Source: Moniliella sp. 'wahieum'
Lineage: Eukaryota
Assembly: GCA_003971905.1 (NCBI GenBank)
Contig: RSEE01000045.1
Location: 494,919-514,918, forward strand
DNA: 20,000 nt
Direction of reading: 5' to 3'
Shown here: positions 1 through 10,939 of the stretch, piece after piece
Position numbering within the stretch: the stretch's first letter is position 1
How the letters are laid out: each line of letters begins with the position of its first letter
The notes under the pieces: generated by a model
What the model was told of the DNA's origin: nothing
What the model saw: the letters and a program-made list of their open reading frames with translations, nothing else
Databases searched by the model: none
Translations under genes and position numbers: made by a program

Positions 1-1542
1 AAGAGAGGAACCGAGGCACCACAGAGCGAACGGGCCAAGGTCTTGGCAGCCAACGCCGAGGCGGCCTGCCGCGGGTACACGTCCACAATGTATGCGTTGG
101 CCGCAATGTAGATGGCGACAAAGGCAAAGCCCATCGGAATCAACGCAATCATCGAACCCGACCAGTGCACATGCGGCATACTGGTCCAAGCCAAAATGAA
201 CATCGAGATTGGCAAGATCACGGCACCCACCATCATCAGGGGAAGACGGTCTTCAGGGGTGTTGTTGCGTTCCAGCCCACGCTTATGGTACCACCGCTCG
301 TGCACGAAAAACACATAGAGGTTCGCCAACAGAATTCCTACCACCAGAGCAAGGAAGATGAGACCCACTTCACCAGCGTTGAATCCGTGGCCCTCGTCGT
401 ACACGATCGGCAAGGCGAAGAAGAGAAGATACAGAAGAGCTGAGGGAGGGTCAGTAAGGTTGGTTGCCAACAATCCTCAAAAGCAGAAGTGGGGAAGGGG
501 GGTTGACGTACCATACACAAGACAGAGGTAGCCCGAGAAAAGGATGATCAGCGGCTCACTGACCAACATGAGGAAAGGAATGAGCACGGACGTCCTGACG
601 ATATCGCCAATCGACCGCTTGCCCACACGCTCGTTCGCCGTCGAGTAGCGTTCGTCGCCCGTTTCCTTGCGCAGCTTCTTGGCACGCTTCTTGAGGATGA
701 CTGGGGCCAGCGTCTCGGGTGCAAAGAGACTGATAAAAAGATAATGCCCGTAAAGGCAAACAGGGTCCAGTAGATGTACCCACCACGCCCGAGGGCTGTT
801 GGTGCCCGTCTTGATGTAGCCACCGATCAAGGGACCAACGGAAGGACCAACGAAAATGACGGAAGAGAACATGGCCATCGGCACACCCTTTTGCTCTGGC
901 CTCCATACATCCGACAACGAGCCGCCCACATTGGTCATCGGGGCCGAAGCAGCCAGACCGGCAATCATACGACCGGACAAGAGCGTGGCAATGTTGGGAG
1001 CCAGCGCACACTGCATGTTGAAGATAAGTAGAGGAAGCCGCAGAGCAGGTACACAGGCTGCCGTCCAATCATCTCGGACAGCGAAGCGAAGAGCATGGGC
1101 CAAAGCCAAAGCCACAAACAAAGAGAGTGATGGTCAAGTTGATGGCTTCCATAGAGACCTTGAGCGATTTGGCAGCACCGTCCAGATCACCGGTAGGCAT
1201 CGAAGAGCCAATGGCTACGTGAAACACAAGAGAGGTGAACATGGTGATGAACCATTTGCGGTTGGTCAACCAGTTCTTGGGGTTATCCGGATCCTCGGGG
1301 CCGAATTCGACGAGGAAAGGGTCGATCTGGTCTGCCTTCTCCGCATCGTCGATGCGGTCGAGGTACTCCTGGCTGACCAAACTGCGCTCACCGTCATGGT
1401 CGAGGTCCAAGTTGGGGTTGGTGGGCTGGGGCATGCGAGCGGGGATGGGCTCCTCCTTGTTTTGCTTGAACGCCTCATCGGGGATGGAGGTGCGGTCAGA
1501 TGCTACAGACGCAGGGCGCACGATGTCTTCAGTGACGGCCAT
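1..1542 (-). CDS. MFS transporter, DHA1 (drug:H+ antiporter-1, Tpo1/Flr1-like) family; 3' end runs off the window; several frameshifts in exon 1
   Basis: ATG at 1542. Stitched translation: PEDPDNPKNW..RKW, GFGFGPMLFASLSEMIGRQPVY, GRMIAGLAASAPMTNVGGSLSDVW, GPSVGPLIGGYI, PETLAPVILKKRAKKLRKETGD, intron 440-511, then an unbroken exon 1-439 with PEDRLPLMMVG, YIVDVYP and AASALAAKTLARS. Indels near 1215-1230, 1099, 1026, 780 and 737. Confidence 0.93.
440..511 (-). other. Spliceosomal intron (72 nt) in the MFS gene
   Basis: GTACGT donor at 511, TACTGAC branch site, CAG acceptor at 440. Removal joins ...LVY to ALLYLLFF in frame. Confidence 0.9.
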
Positions 1543-1611
1543 GCTGGGCAGGGATGGAGAAGGAGGGGAAGACGGGGATACGGGACAGGAATGGCGGAGG
1601 CGGGAGGGGGA

Positions 1612-1618
1612 TTATATA
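1612..1618 (-). promoter_or_regulatory. Candidate TATA box of the MFS gene
   Basis: TATATAA on the minus strand in a GC-rich context, about 70 nt upstream of the ATG, followed by a pyrimidine-rich leader. Confidence 0.55.
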
Positions 1619-2334
1619 CTACGGGCCGTAGTGCGAGATGGAGCTCGGGGGGGCAGGCGGAGGGGATGCCTGAAAATGGGTGGTTCAGTTTACTAAAAGC
1701 AGACTGCTAAGCGTCCGTCGCAATAGTAGGCGGCGAGCGGCCAAACGGTGCAGATGACGAGAGATGGCAGACAAGACGGCGGGAGTGGGTGCCCCATTGG
1801 GGGCTGTGGGGATGTGCGGCAAACGATGGGCCATGATTGATCATGCATCGCCCAGGCGCTGATGCTGCGCTCAGCGCTCCCTCGTTACTCGTCACTAGTC
1901 ATTCGAACCTGCAGCGGCCGAGACGAACATGCAGGTTGGATTAGATCTTGCTCTTGGCTCTGAGCGCCTTGTCATGCACCCGTCCTGTCCGCCCTGCCTC
2001 GATCAGGCAGCAGGGGACGCTGGCCCCGTGCCGCGCCTGCGCTCCGCCTGCATGCCAGTGCGGCCCCGTGCCCGTGCCCTGCGGGCCCCTGGGCCACTCG
2101 CCACGGGCCATCGGCCGTTGCTGGCACGTGAGGCAGGAGCATCGCATGGCGGCACTGCTGGCGCGTGGGCATGAGCAGCGGCGGAACGCGTCGAGTCTGA
2201 TTTGATGCGTCGCTTGACCCCTGCCCCGCGCTAAGCCAGCCCCCACACCGCCCCCGTGCGGTCCCCGCAGTGGTTGTGTTAGCTGTCCCCACGGGCGTTT
2301 GAAATTGGAAGGACGGGAACGGTGAGCTCACCAG

Positions 2335-2470
2335 TGCTAGCGACTACTGACTAATGCGTCGTGCTAGTGACGAGCTAGTGACGCATGATGTGACGCATGA
2401 CGTGTGACGCGGAAGGGAGGGCCGTTGAACGTTGACGTTGATGTTGATGTGACATGCATGACATGTGCAG
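2335..2470. repeat. TGAC(G/A)-rich low-complexity cluster
   Basis: Dense GTGACG/TGACG/TGACA/TGATG units, e.g. gtgacgagctagtgacgcatgatgtgacgcatgacgtgtgacgc. Confidence 0.7.
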
Positions 2471-2531
2471 TGAACGTTTGAACGCGCCTCTCGCTGCCCC
2501 CGTCCGGGATGCGAGGTGCGATGGCAGCCTC

Positions 2532-2560
2532 CAGCGCGTCAGCGCGTCAGCGCGTCAGCG
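2532..2560. repeat. Short tandem repeat (CAGCGCGT) x~3.5
   Basis: cagcgcgtcagcgcgtcagcgcgtcagcg read directly. Confidence 0.85.
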
Positions 2561-3453
2561 GCCACGGGCATCGAGGGACTGCAGCCGCCTGCGCTCGCCA
2601 CTGCCCCTGCGCCGGCCACGTGAGACGCATTTGTCGGGCACCTTGTCAAATGCACTGGAATATTGACGCTAGACGGTCGGACACCGTCGGACACCGGCCC
2701 TGACACTCCGGCAGTGCACCGCTCCCACGCCGCCGCTCGTCCAACCCATTCAGCCAACGCTTGTCCAGCAGTGTTGCGGCCAAGTGCCATTATGCATGGC
2801 GCATTATGTGGTAGCCTGAGCCTGCCTGCGAATTGGCAGGACCGAACGATGAACGTCCTGGACAATACTGAACCTTGGCGTCTGGGCATGATGCACATGA
2901 TAAACCGGTAACGTTTGGCGTTCAGCCTAAGCACTCTGCCACTGTCATCCGCCACTCCAGGCCACGCACCTCCGGACCTCTCAGACTCAGATCTCGCAGA
3001 CCGCTCTCAATCTCACATCTCACATCTCTCAAAGGTCAGCCTGAGGCCCGAGGGCCTGACCGGCCTGATCTGACGCGTCCGACGATCTGGCGCCTGGCTG
3101 GCTGACCTCAGTCCCCACGCCGCAGCCTCGGGGCTACAGGATTGCGAACTCAGTGAACTCTATCTGGGCACTCCCTCAATACTGAACTTCTGAACTTCAC
3201 TCGTACTGAGTAGTTGAACTCATTCTTCACTGCCACATCTCAGAGCAGAACAGTTGGTGTAGCAGTCAGCTTGTCAGCGCTGAAACACAGCGTTCAATCC
3301 GCTCAGCCTGAGCACTCTCAGGAACGTGAACTCGGTATTTTAACTCCGTCCTTTCCGAACTCAACAACACTCAACTCAACAGTACTGTGCGCACTCGCAC
3401 AGTTTTTTCAGTTCAGATGTTCAGACCACTGGTCTTCGGTCAGGTCAGGCCCG

Positions 3454-4169
3454 AGTTAGAGAGCGCTATAACCAATGACCTTGAAGCTTTGTGGGAGGCG
3501 AGCAAGGCAAAGGGGAGATGGTGGGGATGCGATCAGGGGAAGGCCCCGGAGGCGGAACGGAGGGGCGGAACAGAGGCGGAACAGGGCCGCCTCGCACAAG
3601 CTTTTTTAAGGCCTACTAAGGGCCAAGAAGAGTTCAGAGAGCGAATTATGTCGAAGTGGTGCTCAATATTCAATGCGCTCAATGCTCAAGCTCAATGCTC
3701 ATATTCATGCTTCAAGTTTCAAATTTCAAGGGAGATCCCAACAACGAAGGGAGCAAGCCCTGGCAAGCCCAGGTTGTTCATGATGATCATGGAGCATCTC
3801 TCGATCTTAATATCAATCTCATGCATCAAGGAATTGGTGCTACGTCAGATCGATCAGAAGAACGTCCAGATCCGGCAACTCAACAACTAGGGCTCAGCCT
3901 GAGTAGTGAGGCTTACTGCTCACTAGTCACTAGCTTGCGCCCAAGAAAGTAGAACAAAATCGGTGGGGACTCGAAGTTCGCGCATGGATTTCCTCTGCCG
4001 TACGGAAAGGCCTCGATCTGCGTCGCCCAGATCAAGGAAGCGTCCTCCGTTTAGGCGCAACTGAGTAGATAGGTTCTTTACGCGAGCAAGCCGTCAGTGA
4101 CCCATATAGCTCGTTCTCCCTCACATGTCACAGGGCGTATCCATGCCGAATGAGAGAACCTCTTTAACC
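3454..4169 (-). mobile_element. Putative 3' LTR (~715 bp) of the Ty3/Gypsy chromovirus
   Basis: Begins immediately after the polypurine tract with GTTAAAGAG and ends with CTCTCTAAC(T), an 8/9 terminal inverted repeat. Internal short repeats at 3549-3586 (GGCGGAAC) and 3661-3730 (GCTCAAT-like). No second LTR is visible to confirm it. Confidence 0.6.
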
Positions 4170-4187
4170 CCTCCCCCCCTCCCCTTC
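4169..4187 (-). other. Polypurine tract (PPT)
   Basis: GAAGGGGAGGGGGGGAGGG on the minus strand, downstream of the chromodomain and abutting the LTR start. Confidence 0.75.
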
Positions 4188-4559
4188 GGAAAAGGGGAAG
4201 GGCTTCAAGAACAAGTTCAAGGAATCGACACTGGTACTGATCATCAGTCGAAGATGCACATCAGGGTACGCCACCCCGACTGAGACGAAGGCACCCGCGT
4301 GCTGAGGCGGTGCCTGGGTCAGAACTCGTCTCGGACTCTGACAAGTCAGATCCACTCTAGATGGCTGACCATTGCGCCCTCCTTTGTCGGATCCTGGCGT
4401 CGAGTTGTGGTGGGGCTGTTGGCGTGATTGCAAAATACGATGACATGACAGCATCTCGTAATCACTCCTTGTCCGACTCTCCCTTCTGTATCCTTCCCCT
4501 GCCGAGAAGCTTTTCTTGGAAGAGAACACCATCTCTCCCTCATTTCCTTCGTCCTCCAC

Positions 4560-5760
4560 ACTTGCCAGCTTTGGGAACAGTACTTCTCGAACGTTGGATG
4601 TGGAAAGCAACCACACGGCTGGTGCCTCATCACCCAGATCATTGGCTAGGACCCATCGTTCTCCGACTCAGGGAGAACCCAACAAACTATGAGATGAGTG
4701 TTTTGAACCTGAAACGTCGATAGTATAGCGGGAGTCCAAAATCTTGTCCACCAACGAATGTTCTTCTCCCCGATCAACATAGGCGGTGGAGGTAACGGAT
4801 CATGCAGAGCAGCCATCTCGTCGAAACGGTAGGGCTCAGAGGAAGATACGTTTCAATACCAATGAATCTTAATCGAAACTGGCAGGTCAAGAAGAAAAGT
4901 TCCTTCATGCACTTTTGCCTTAACAACCTTGAAAGGACCCAAATACCTTCACTTCAAAGAACCACTGGGACGTTCGGAGGGGATTCTTGCTTAGTCAACC
5001 ACAACCAATCTCCACACCTCCAGTTGAGGACCTTCGATATACGCCACGATCGCCCCCGCTTTGCCCGTATGCGAGCTGGCTCAAGAGCCTCCTTGGCTAA
5101 AACAGCAGCAGTGCCGCGCGAGCAATCCCATGCTTGACCCGATCCGAAACTGATATGAGCAACCGGCCGATACTGGCCCTCATGTGACTGAAACAGCAAC
5201 TCCGCCACAGCATACTAAGCCACTATAGCTCATCCGACGACTCAAATACGCGAGGGCGTGTTCTGGTCAACCGTCAAAGGGCACTAGCACCACTGCAGGG
5301 CACACTAAACCGCTTTCAAACGATCGAAGCAACGTTGAGCCAAGGGATCCACCGATCCAGCCCCCTTAACATGAACATAGTCCCAGCCCAGGAGAAGAGC
5401 GTGGGGTACGCAGATTAGATCATCAGGTACCTGTCCGAGCAAGAAGGTAAGTGGTGCTCTCCATCACCACCGGTCACCACCTACTTACTACCCAACATCC
5501 ATGTTCAAGAAAGACGATTTGAGGGTATCTGTCCCAGCTTGTACTAGAGCAAGATCAGGAGAATGCCTGAGTCCACAGTCCCCAGCTCATCGGACCAGGA
5601 TTGACTGAGTATGACGGATCCAAGATGTCGGTGATATGCCGCTGTCGTGCCAGGGCACAGAAACCTTTTGAGCGGCTGTGGCCCGGGGCACCTGGCTCAG
5701 ATGAGAGTCCTGGCCGTCGCGCGGCAGCAGTACCACTCCCCTGCCTGATCTGACGGTCAC
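4560..5760 (-). mobile_element. Decayed Ty3/Gypsy (chromovirus) integrase plus chromodomain
   Basis: Motifs in correct order across frameshifts: HDSGISxHLG (zinc finger, ~5620-5650), LNMD (~5500), xDRG-like (~5355), AEFA-like (~5200), GDWLWL...RPSGSLK*RYLGPFKV...LDLPVSIKIH...EPY (GPF motif, ~4825-5010), PPPPMLIG-EEHSLVDKILDSR and FVGFxPESENEWVLANDL...AFH (chromodomain, ~4600-4800). Confidence 0.88.
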
Positions 5761-5982
5761 CGGCCGTACGGGAGGGGGGGATTTGGCCTGGAGGTGACCG
5801 TCATGGGCGGGGTAACCAGGTACCATTCATCGCCCCGTGCACAGATGGGTACTGAGAATAACCCCAAAGCACCAAAGGAAGGCGGTATGGCCACGACGTC
5901 GGGTACGCCTGTTGTCGTACGGCCCTCGAGGACCGGGCACTGGTTGAGATGCTGTGAGAGAAGCGAGGTGATTGCGAGTAAG

Positions 5983-6046
5983 CTTGATCGCGGGGAGCTG
6001 GAACGACTGTAACCCCCTACTTGATCGCGGGAGCTGGAACGACTGT
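5983..6046. repeat. 27-28 bp direct repeat pair
   Basis: cttgatcgcgg(g)gagctggaacgactgt at 5983-6010 and 6020-6046. Confidence 0.9.
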
Positions 6047-7068
6047 GCGTCCGGCGAATTACCTTGGGCAGTGCGACCAGTGGATCGATTGCGTCTTGGC
6101 CCCGGCGCCGGCCGCTCCGGCGTAGGGGCCTGCCCGCGCTCGTCGACCTTGGCCTAGACCAGCCTCGTCGACTCTTGTCCGTGGGAGGACATGCTTGAGG
6201 GGTTGGGTGCCTTCTTCTCGTGAGCCTCTCGGGCGCACCCGGATCCGGCATCGCGATCGACTGGTTTGTTGCTGTGGAACGCAATCGGGCGTGGTATGCG
6301 TCGAGGACAAAACCACGCCACACACACCCTTGTCTCCTTGCACACCTCTTGCCCCGACGTACCTGGAACCTTACGCCACATGTTTTGTAAGAGCCTGTAC
6401 GCAGCGCGGTACGCCAGCGGTCCCACCCGCGGGGGTACCACGCAGGGGTTGCGCGCTTCGGCCACTTGAACATACGTGGACCTCCGAGCCATTATGACCT
6501 TGAATCCATTAGAATCAATCTACGTTGTGCTATAGCCAGGCGTATGCGACCCGATGAAATCTACCGACCCGAGCCGCAGCTCGGGAAGCGTGTTGATACG
6601 ATGGTGCACCCGGACCTTGCACGAGCAAGCGTGCGCACGGCCACCGTAGCAGACGACAGCAAGGCCCCAAGAGAGTATGGGTCAAATACGCCAAGATAAG
6701 GAATGTCCAGAAAGACATGTACATGCATTCACAAGGTACCCGTTGTACCGCAAGCATCTGCAACATCGTGGCGGGGGGGAGGGGGTTTGCCCAGCCCGCC
6801 CTTCCGTCGTAGCGTACAAGTCACACACGTTCACATCGATGCGCACACCTTCAAGGCACCCCCTGCACCGCGCCGCCTTGGACGAAAGCAATCTCCCTGC
6901 GACCGACTCGGACTCCCGTCCAATACGCACACGCATTCGCATCCGCAAAGGAGCGGAACGATTCTTCTTCCCAGGGGGGAGAGCAAAGAACACGACCAAT
7001 CGATCCAACGTCGCCCCTACGCCCTGCGCGCCGCACCACGTACATCTACAACCGCCTCCGCCGCCTCC

Positions 7069-7990
7069 TCACTGCGCATCCTTCCGACGAAGCTGCGCAC
7101 GAAACCGGGTAACAAAGTCAATGCTCCTTCTCCTGCAGCCGTGCCTGCTCGGCCGGGTCCAAGGAACTGGTCGGCTCACCTCGATCAAGTTTCATCGGAT
7201 CGCGCACTAGACGCTGATCATCGGCCCCGACGGCGCCCATGCGCTGCACGGGGCCTTCGATGATGTCAATGTTTTGCTCAGCGAGGTGTTGCTGTGGGCG
7301 TTCGCACACACGTAGTAAGAGCGGGGTTAACACACGCTGTGGGAACGCGGGTCAAGGAAAGAGCGCACACGCCGTAGGAGCAGGGAGGGAAGGGTGGGGA
7401 GGTGCGACAGAGGAGTAGGAGCGAGGTGCGTACCTGCGCAGCAAGATGCTGTCTGAGATGATAAAGCACAAATCCTGTGATCCCGGTTGGGGCAAGGCGG
7501 CTTCTGTGGGTGTGTGAGGAGGGTTAGTTTGCGTGGCATTGGGAGCGCGCACGAGGGGAGGGCGTACTTGGTTCGCTGAGGGAGAAAGGGGAGAGGAATG
7601 AGGGAGAGAACGGACGGAAAGAGAGGACAAGGTAAGAAAGCAAAACCAAACACATAAGGCCATCATCCAGTCGGGTCAATCGTCTGTGCCCTACTAGTCA
7701 GCACTGTTCGACCCCTCTCTTGGCGCGCCCAGCGTTGCCGCGCTCCCCGCCCCAACCGAGCCCAGCAGGAAGGTACGTACAACTCCTTGCCCTTCTGGTG
7801 CAAATTGATTTTTCTGCCTGCCAAACGCGAGCACCTTCCAGCCCGAACCGAATGAACCAGCTCCATCCCGAGGCGGGTGTAGAACGCACGGTGCGGTCAA
7901 TGTCGTTGCAGGTAATGACCACATGGTCCAGGGACGCAATGGCGACCCACGCCGCGCCGCAGCGGGGCGGAAGGGGGGGCCGCAACACCG
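7069..7990 (-). pseudogene. VOC/glyoxalase-family gene, GLOD5-like; frameshifted (pseudogene or consensus error); start codon uncertain
   Basis: Stitched translation: IASLDHVVITCNDIDRTV.FY..LGME..SFGSGWKVLAFGRQKINLHQKGKEF|EPK|AALPQPGSQDLCFIISDSI..|QHLAEQNIDIIEGPVQRMGAVGPMISVxVRDPDxNLIE. GT-AG introns at 7576-7780, 7504-7567, 7292-7433 and probably 7093-7179. Confidence 0.87.
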
Positions 7991-8559
7991 AGACGGTGGT
8001 GCAGCAGGGCGGATGGGCGGCGGCGGGCCGCGGCGACGCTAATGCGCAGAGGGCGGGATCAATGTGGAGGTGGGTTGCGCTCCACGTTCAACGCGGGCGC
8101 GGGATGATCGATGAGCTCGGTGACCCTGGATCGTCGACCGTCGAGAACGCAAGACGCCCGTCATCAGACGCCATCGCGGGGCGCCGATCGTACATGTGGG
8201 GCGTGCGCGGGACGCGTGACGGGCGAGTGCTGCGCATCTGGAATGCGATTGATGCGATGCCCGAGGTCCGTGCGGTGGGCCGAGGCGCGACCAGCGATGA
8301 ATGCGCGCGGGAGGCAGCTGTTCGCGACTCAGCAATCGACGGAGGCACACTCCCTAACTCACCTCCGCGGCAAGGCGGCGCAGCGGTGGAGCGGCGCTGA
8401 GCGGCTGACGCCGCCATCTCCCCGCCCTTCAGCTTGTATCCTGCGCACGGCCCTTGAAATGTGTGCATCCTGCATCATGCCCTCTTCTTCCTTCCTTTCC
8501 GGCAGCTATGCAAGTAACCCTAATGCCAGCGTCACGAGCGTCTGTCTTGGGAAATTGCC

Positions 8560-8607
8560 GTCACGCGTCACGCGTCACGCGTCACATGTCACGCTCACAT
8601 GTCACAC
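8560..8607. repeat. Heptamer tandem repeat GTCAC(GC/AT) x~7
   Basis: gtcacgcgtcacgcgtcacgcgtcacatgtcacgctcacatgtcacac. Confidence 0.85.
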
Positions 8608-9639
8608 AACATTGTGGCCGCACCGTGCCCTTCCGTGCGGCGCCCACCGCCGCCATCCTACGACCGCTGCACTGTTGAATCTGGATAGGGCAAGCTCTGC
8701 CTCGCTGCCGCCCCGCGCCTCCTCGCCTCACCCGCCGCCTTGGACTTTAGGCGTGCAGCTGGCCCCCTGTCTTCCCCCGGCCTCTCGCCCTTGTCCTCGC
8801 CGCTGCTGACTTGGCCTCGCCTGGCTCGCCATTCGCCATCAACGCCCCCGGCTGCGGCGGCCGTGCATCTGCCTGGCGAGCTTGCATCTCCGTAGCCCGA
8901 AGGACGACTGATTGTCCATGGTGGCCTCCTGCGGCGCCCCAAACGGCCGGATCCACCAGTGGTAGAGGGCGTTATGCAACGGTGGGAACGCCACGCTTTC
9001 CCCCCAGGTTGGCGGGGTACCGGAACAGATCTTCTTTGGGCGCCACAGGAACCATCCCTCGGAGCACTTGCAGCCGCGCGTGCCTTATTTGGTCACCGCA
9101 GGCTGGGAGCCGCACGCCCCCGACCCGGAGCTTCAGCCCTACTTCGACTCGGCCAGTCGGTACCCCTCGCTTCCCTGACCGCATGCTTGTGACGGTGGTG
9201 GCGCCGAAGGGGTCGCCCAAGGGCGATCGGATGGAGGTCAGGGTCCCTACCGCATTGCGGGCGCGAATCTGAGTCGTCCTACGTCCTGGAAACGCTGCAA
9301 GGCGTTCGGGTGCCTGACGTCGTCCACTGCCGCTTCCTCGCGGCTTACTTCGCCCACGCGCCCATTGACTTCCCTCCCCGTTGCATCGTTTCAACCCACA
9401 TCGTTCTGTGTCCCGAGTTGCCCCCCGTCCGTGTGGTGCACCATTCGGCCGCCAGAGTCTGGCACGTGACCTTCCAATCCCGTCTGACGGCCATGCACCA
9501 GCTCTGACCCCCTGCCTGCCTTGGTCAGGCAGCATGCTTCACCTGATCGTCCTGTTCCATCATCCACCCCGACCTCCCGTGACGCCAGCAGACAAGCTCG
9601 CGTATGCCTGCTCTTCAAGGGCCAGGTTGCCGCCTCGAA

Positions 9640-10855
9640 CCTCCGTGTCCGATTCATTTTCGTCCACGCTGCCCTCGACGCGATCAACCTGGACTATTGT
9701 CCTCGTCACACCCCCCTGTGGCTCATCCCAGCCATCACCGCCGCACCTGACATGGTTCATGCCATCCTCATACCTTTGCCCCGCATGCTCGCCGGCATTG
9801 AGCGCCACTTGGTCCAACACCAGATCGAGTCTGAGTGCTGGCAGTGCCATCCTTGAGGTTCCTGAGGTAACATCAGGTACCCTCATTCTGCTCACAACCA
9901 TCGGCCAACTCGCCCACAAAAATCTCGTCGATCTTCTCCGCTCCCTATCCCAGCACAAGCGGCTTGAAAGGATTGTACTGGAAGAAGCACACCTCATCCC
10001 TCGGCAACGCCACTTGCAATGCGAGTTTGACAATATTTCCTTAACCCCTTTCTCGCCCATACACGCCTCCTTGCACTCTCAGCCACCGCGCCGCGTGGGA
10101 TTGTGGAGGAGCTGGAGCCAATGTTGTCAAAAGACTGCCTCGTTGGGTTTTCCCATTTTAACCCGCCAGTCCCTCGACTCGAGGTGCAGTATATGGACCA
10201 CGCGTCAGACCCGAGTGGCGTGCATGCCATATTGTTTCGTCTGTTATCGATGCGTCTTGAAGCCCGAGAAGCTTGGTGTACAAACCCATGTCAACCATCT
10301 GCACCTCGTCGCACCATCATCATCGCCAACTCGTGCAGCGAAGCAAGGACAATTGCATCCTACCTTGCTGTTCCAGTACGTCTTCTCATTCTCTTTTTCA
10401 ATTCGATTGTTTGCTGATCTAGTCCCCTTTCTCTTTCTTAGTACTACCTTCCCCCTCGTCCCGCATCGGCCCGGGTAGGCGACACCCATGCTGCCCAGGG
10501 AAGAAGGGGCGGAGAATCTGGCAAGATTTGTGCGCGGTGACGAAGTGGTGCTTGTTGGAAATAAGGAGCTTTCCGTATCTGTGCACGTGCCCGACTGCGA
10601 CAAGGTCATTTGGGTAGGTGCCCATTTACTGGCCTCGGTCTTATCCAGGCGGCCGCCCTGGAAGCCAGAGGCGCGGGCGAACGAGGCCAACTGATCATTC
10701 TCGCCTCCCAAGACCAGATGCGTCACGAGCTACAGCGCCCAAGTACGAATGAACGTCGGATCTATGTGGGCAAGGTAGTGTATTGGCTGCACACCCTCCC
10801 ATTGCCTCATGGAGGCGGTGACCACCTGCCTCTATGGGCGTCCCATGCGGTGTGA
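9640..10855 (+). pseudogene. RecQ-like SF2 helicase remnant (telomere-linked helicase type), oriented toward the telomere
   Basis: LWLIPA...HAILIPL (Ia region), RLERIVLEEAH (motif II, 9960-9992), LLALSATAP (motif III, ~10066-10092), RRTIIIANS (IV), intron 10376-10441 (GTACGT..GCTGAT..TAG), VLVGNKELSVSVHVPDCDKVIWVG (V-like), LIQAAA (VI-like). Multiple frameshifts; no GKS/T Walker A is recognisable. Confidence 0.72.
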
Positions 10856-10939
10856 AAATGTGGAAGGCGCCTAACAGTGTACTGCGTGCAAGCTTCAAGG
10901 CCCGTGTTGCCCTCTACCTACCCCAACGCCAGCGACGCT

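Noticed and set aside
856..1710. 284-aa plus-strand ORF and similar long GC-rich ORFs (7720-8400, 8111-8809, 14415-15146, 17479-18315)
   Set aside because: They are antisense or off-frame shadows of real genes, or GC-driven open frames, with no family motifs.
5355..5371. TGTTAAGGGGG on the minus strand as an LTR start
   Set aside because: It lies inside the integrase coding region, with no adjacent PPT or partner terminus.
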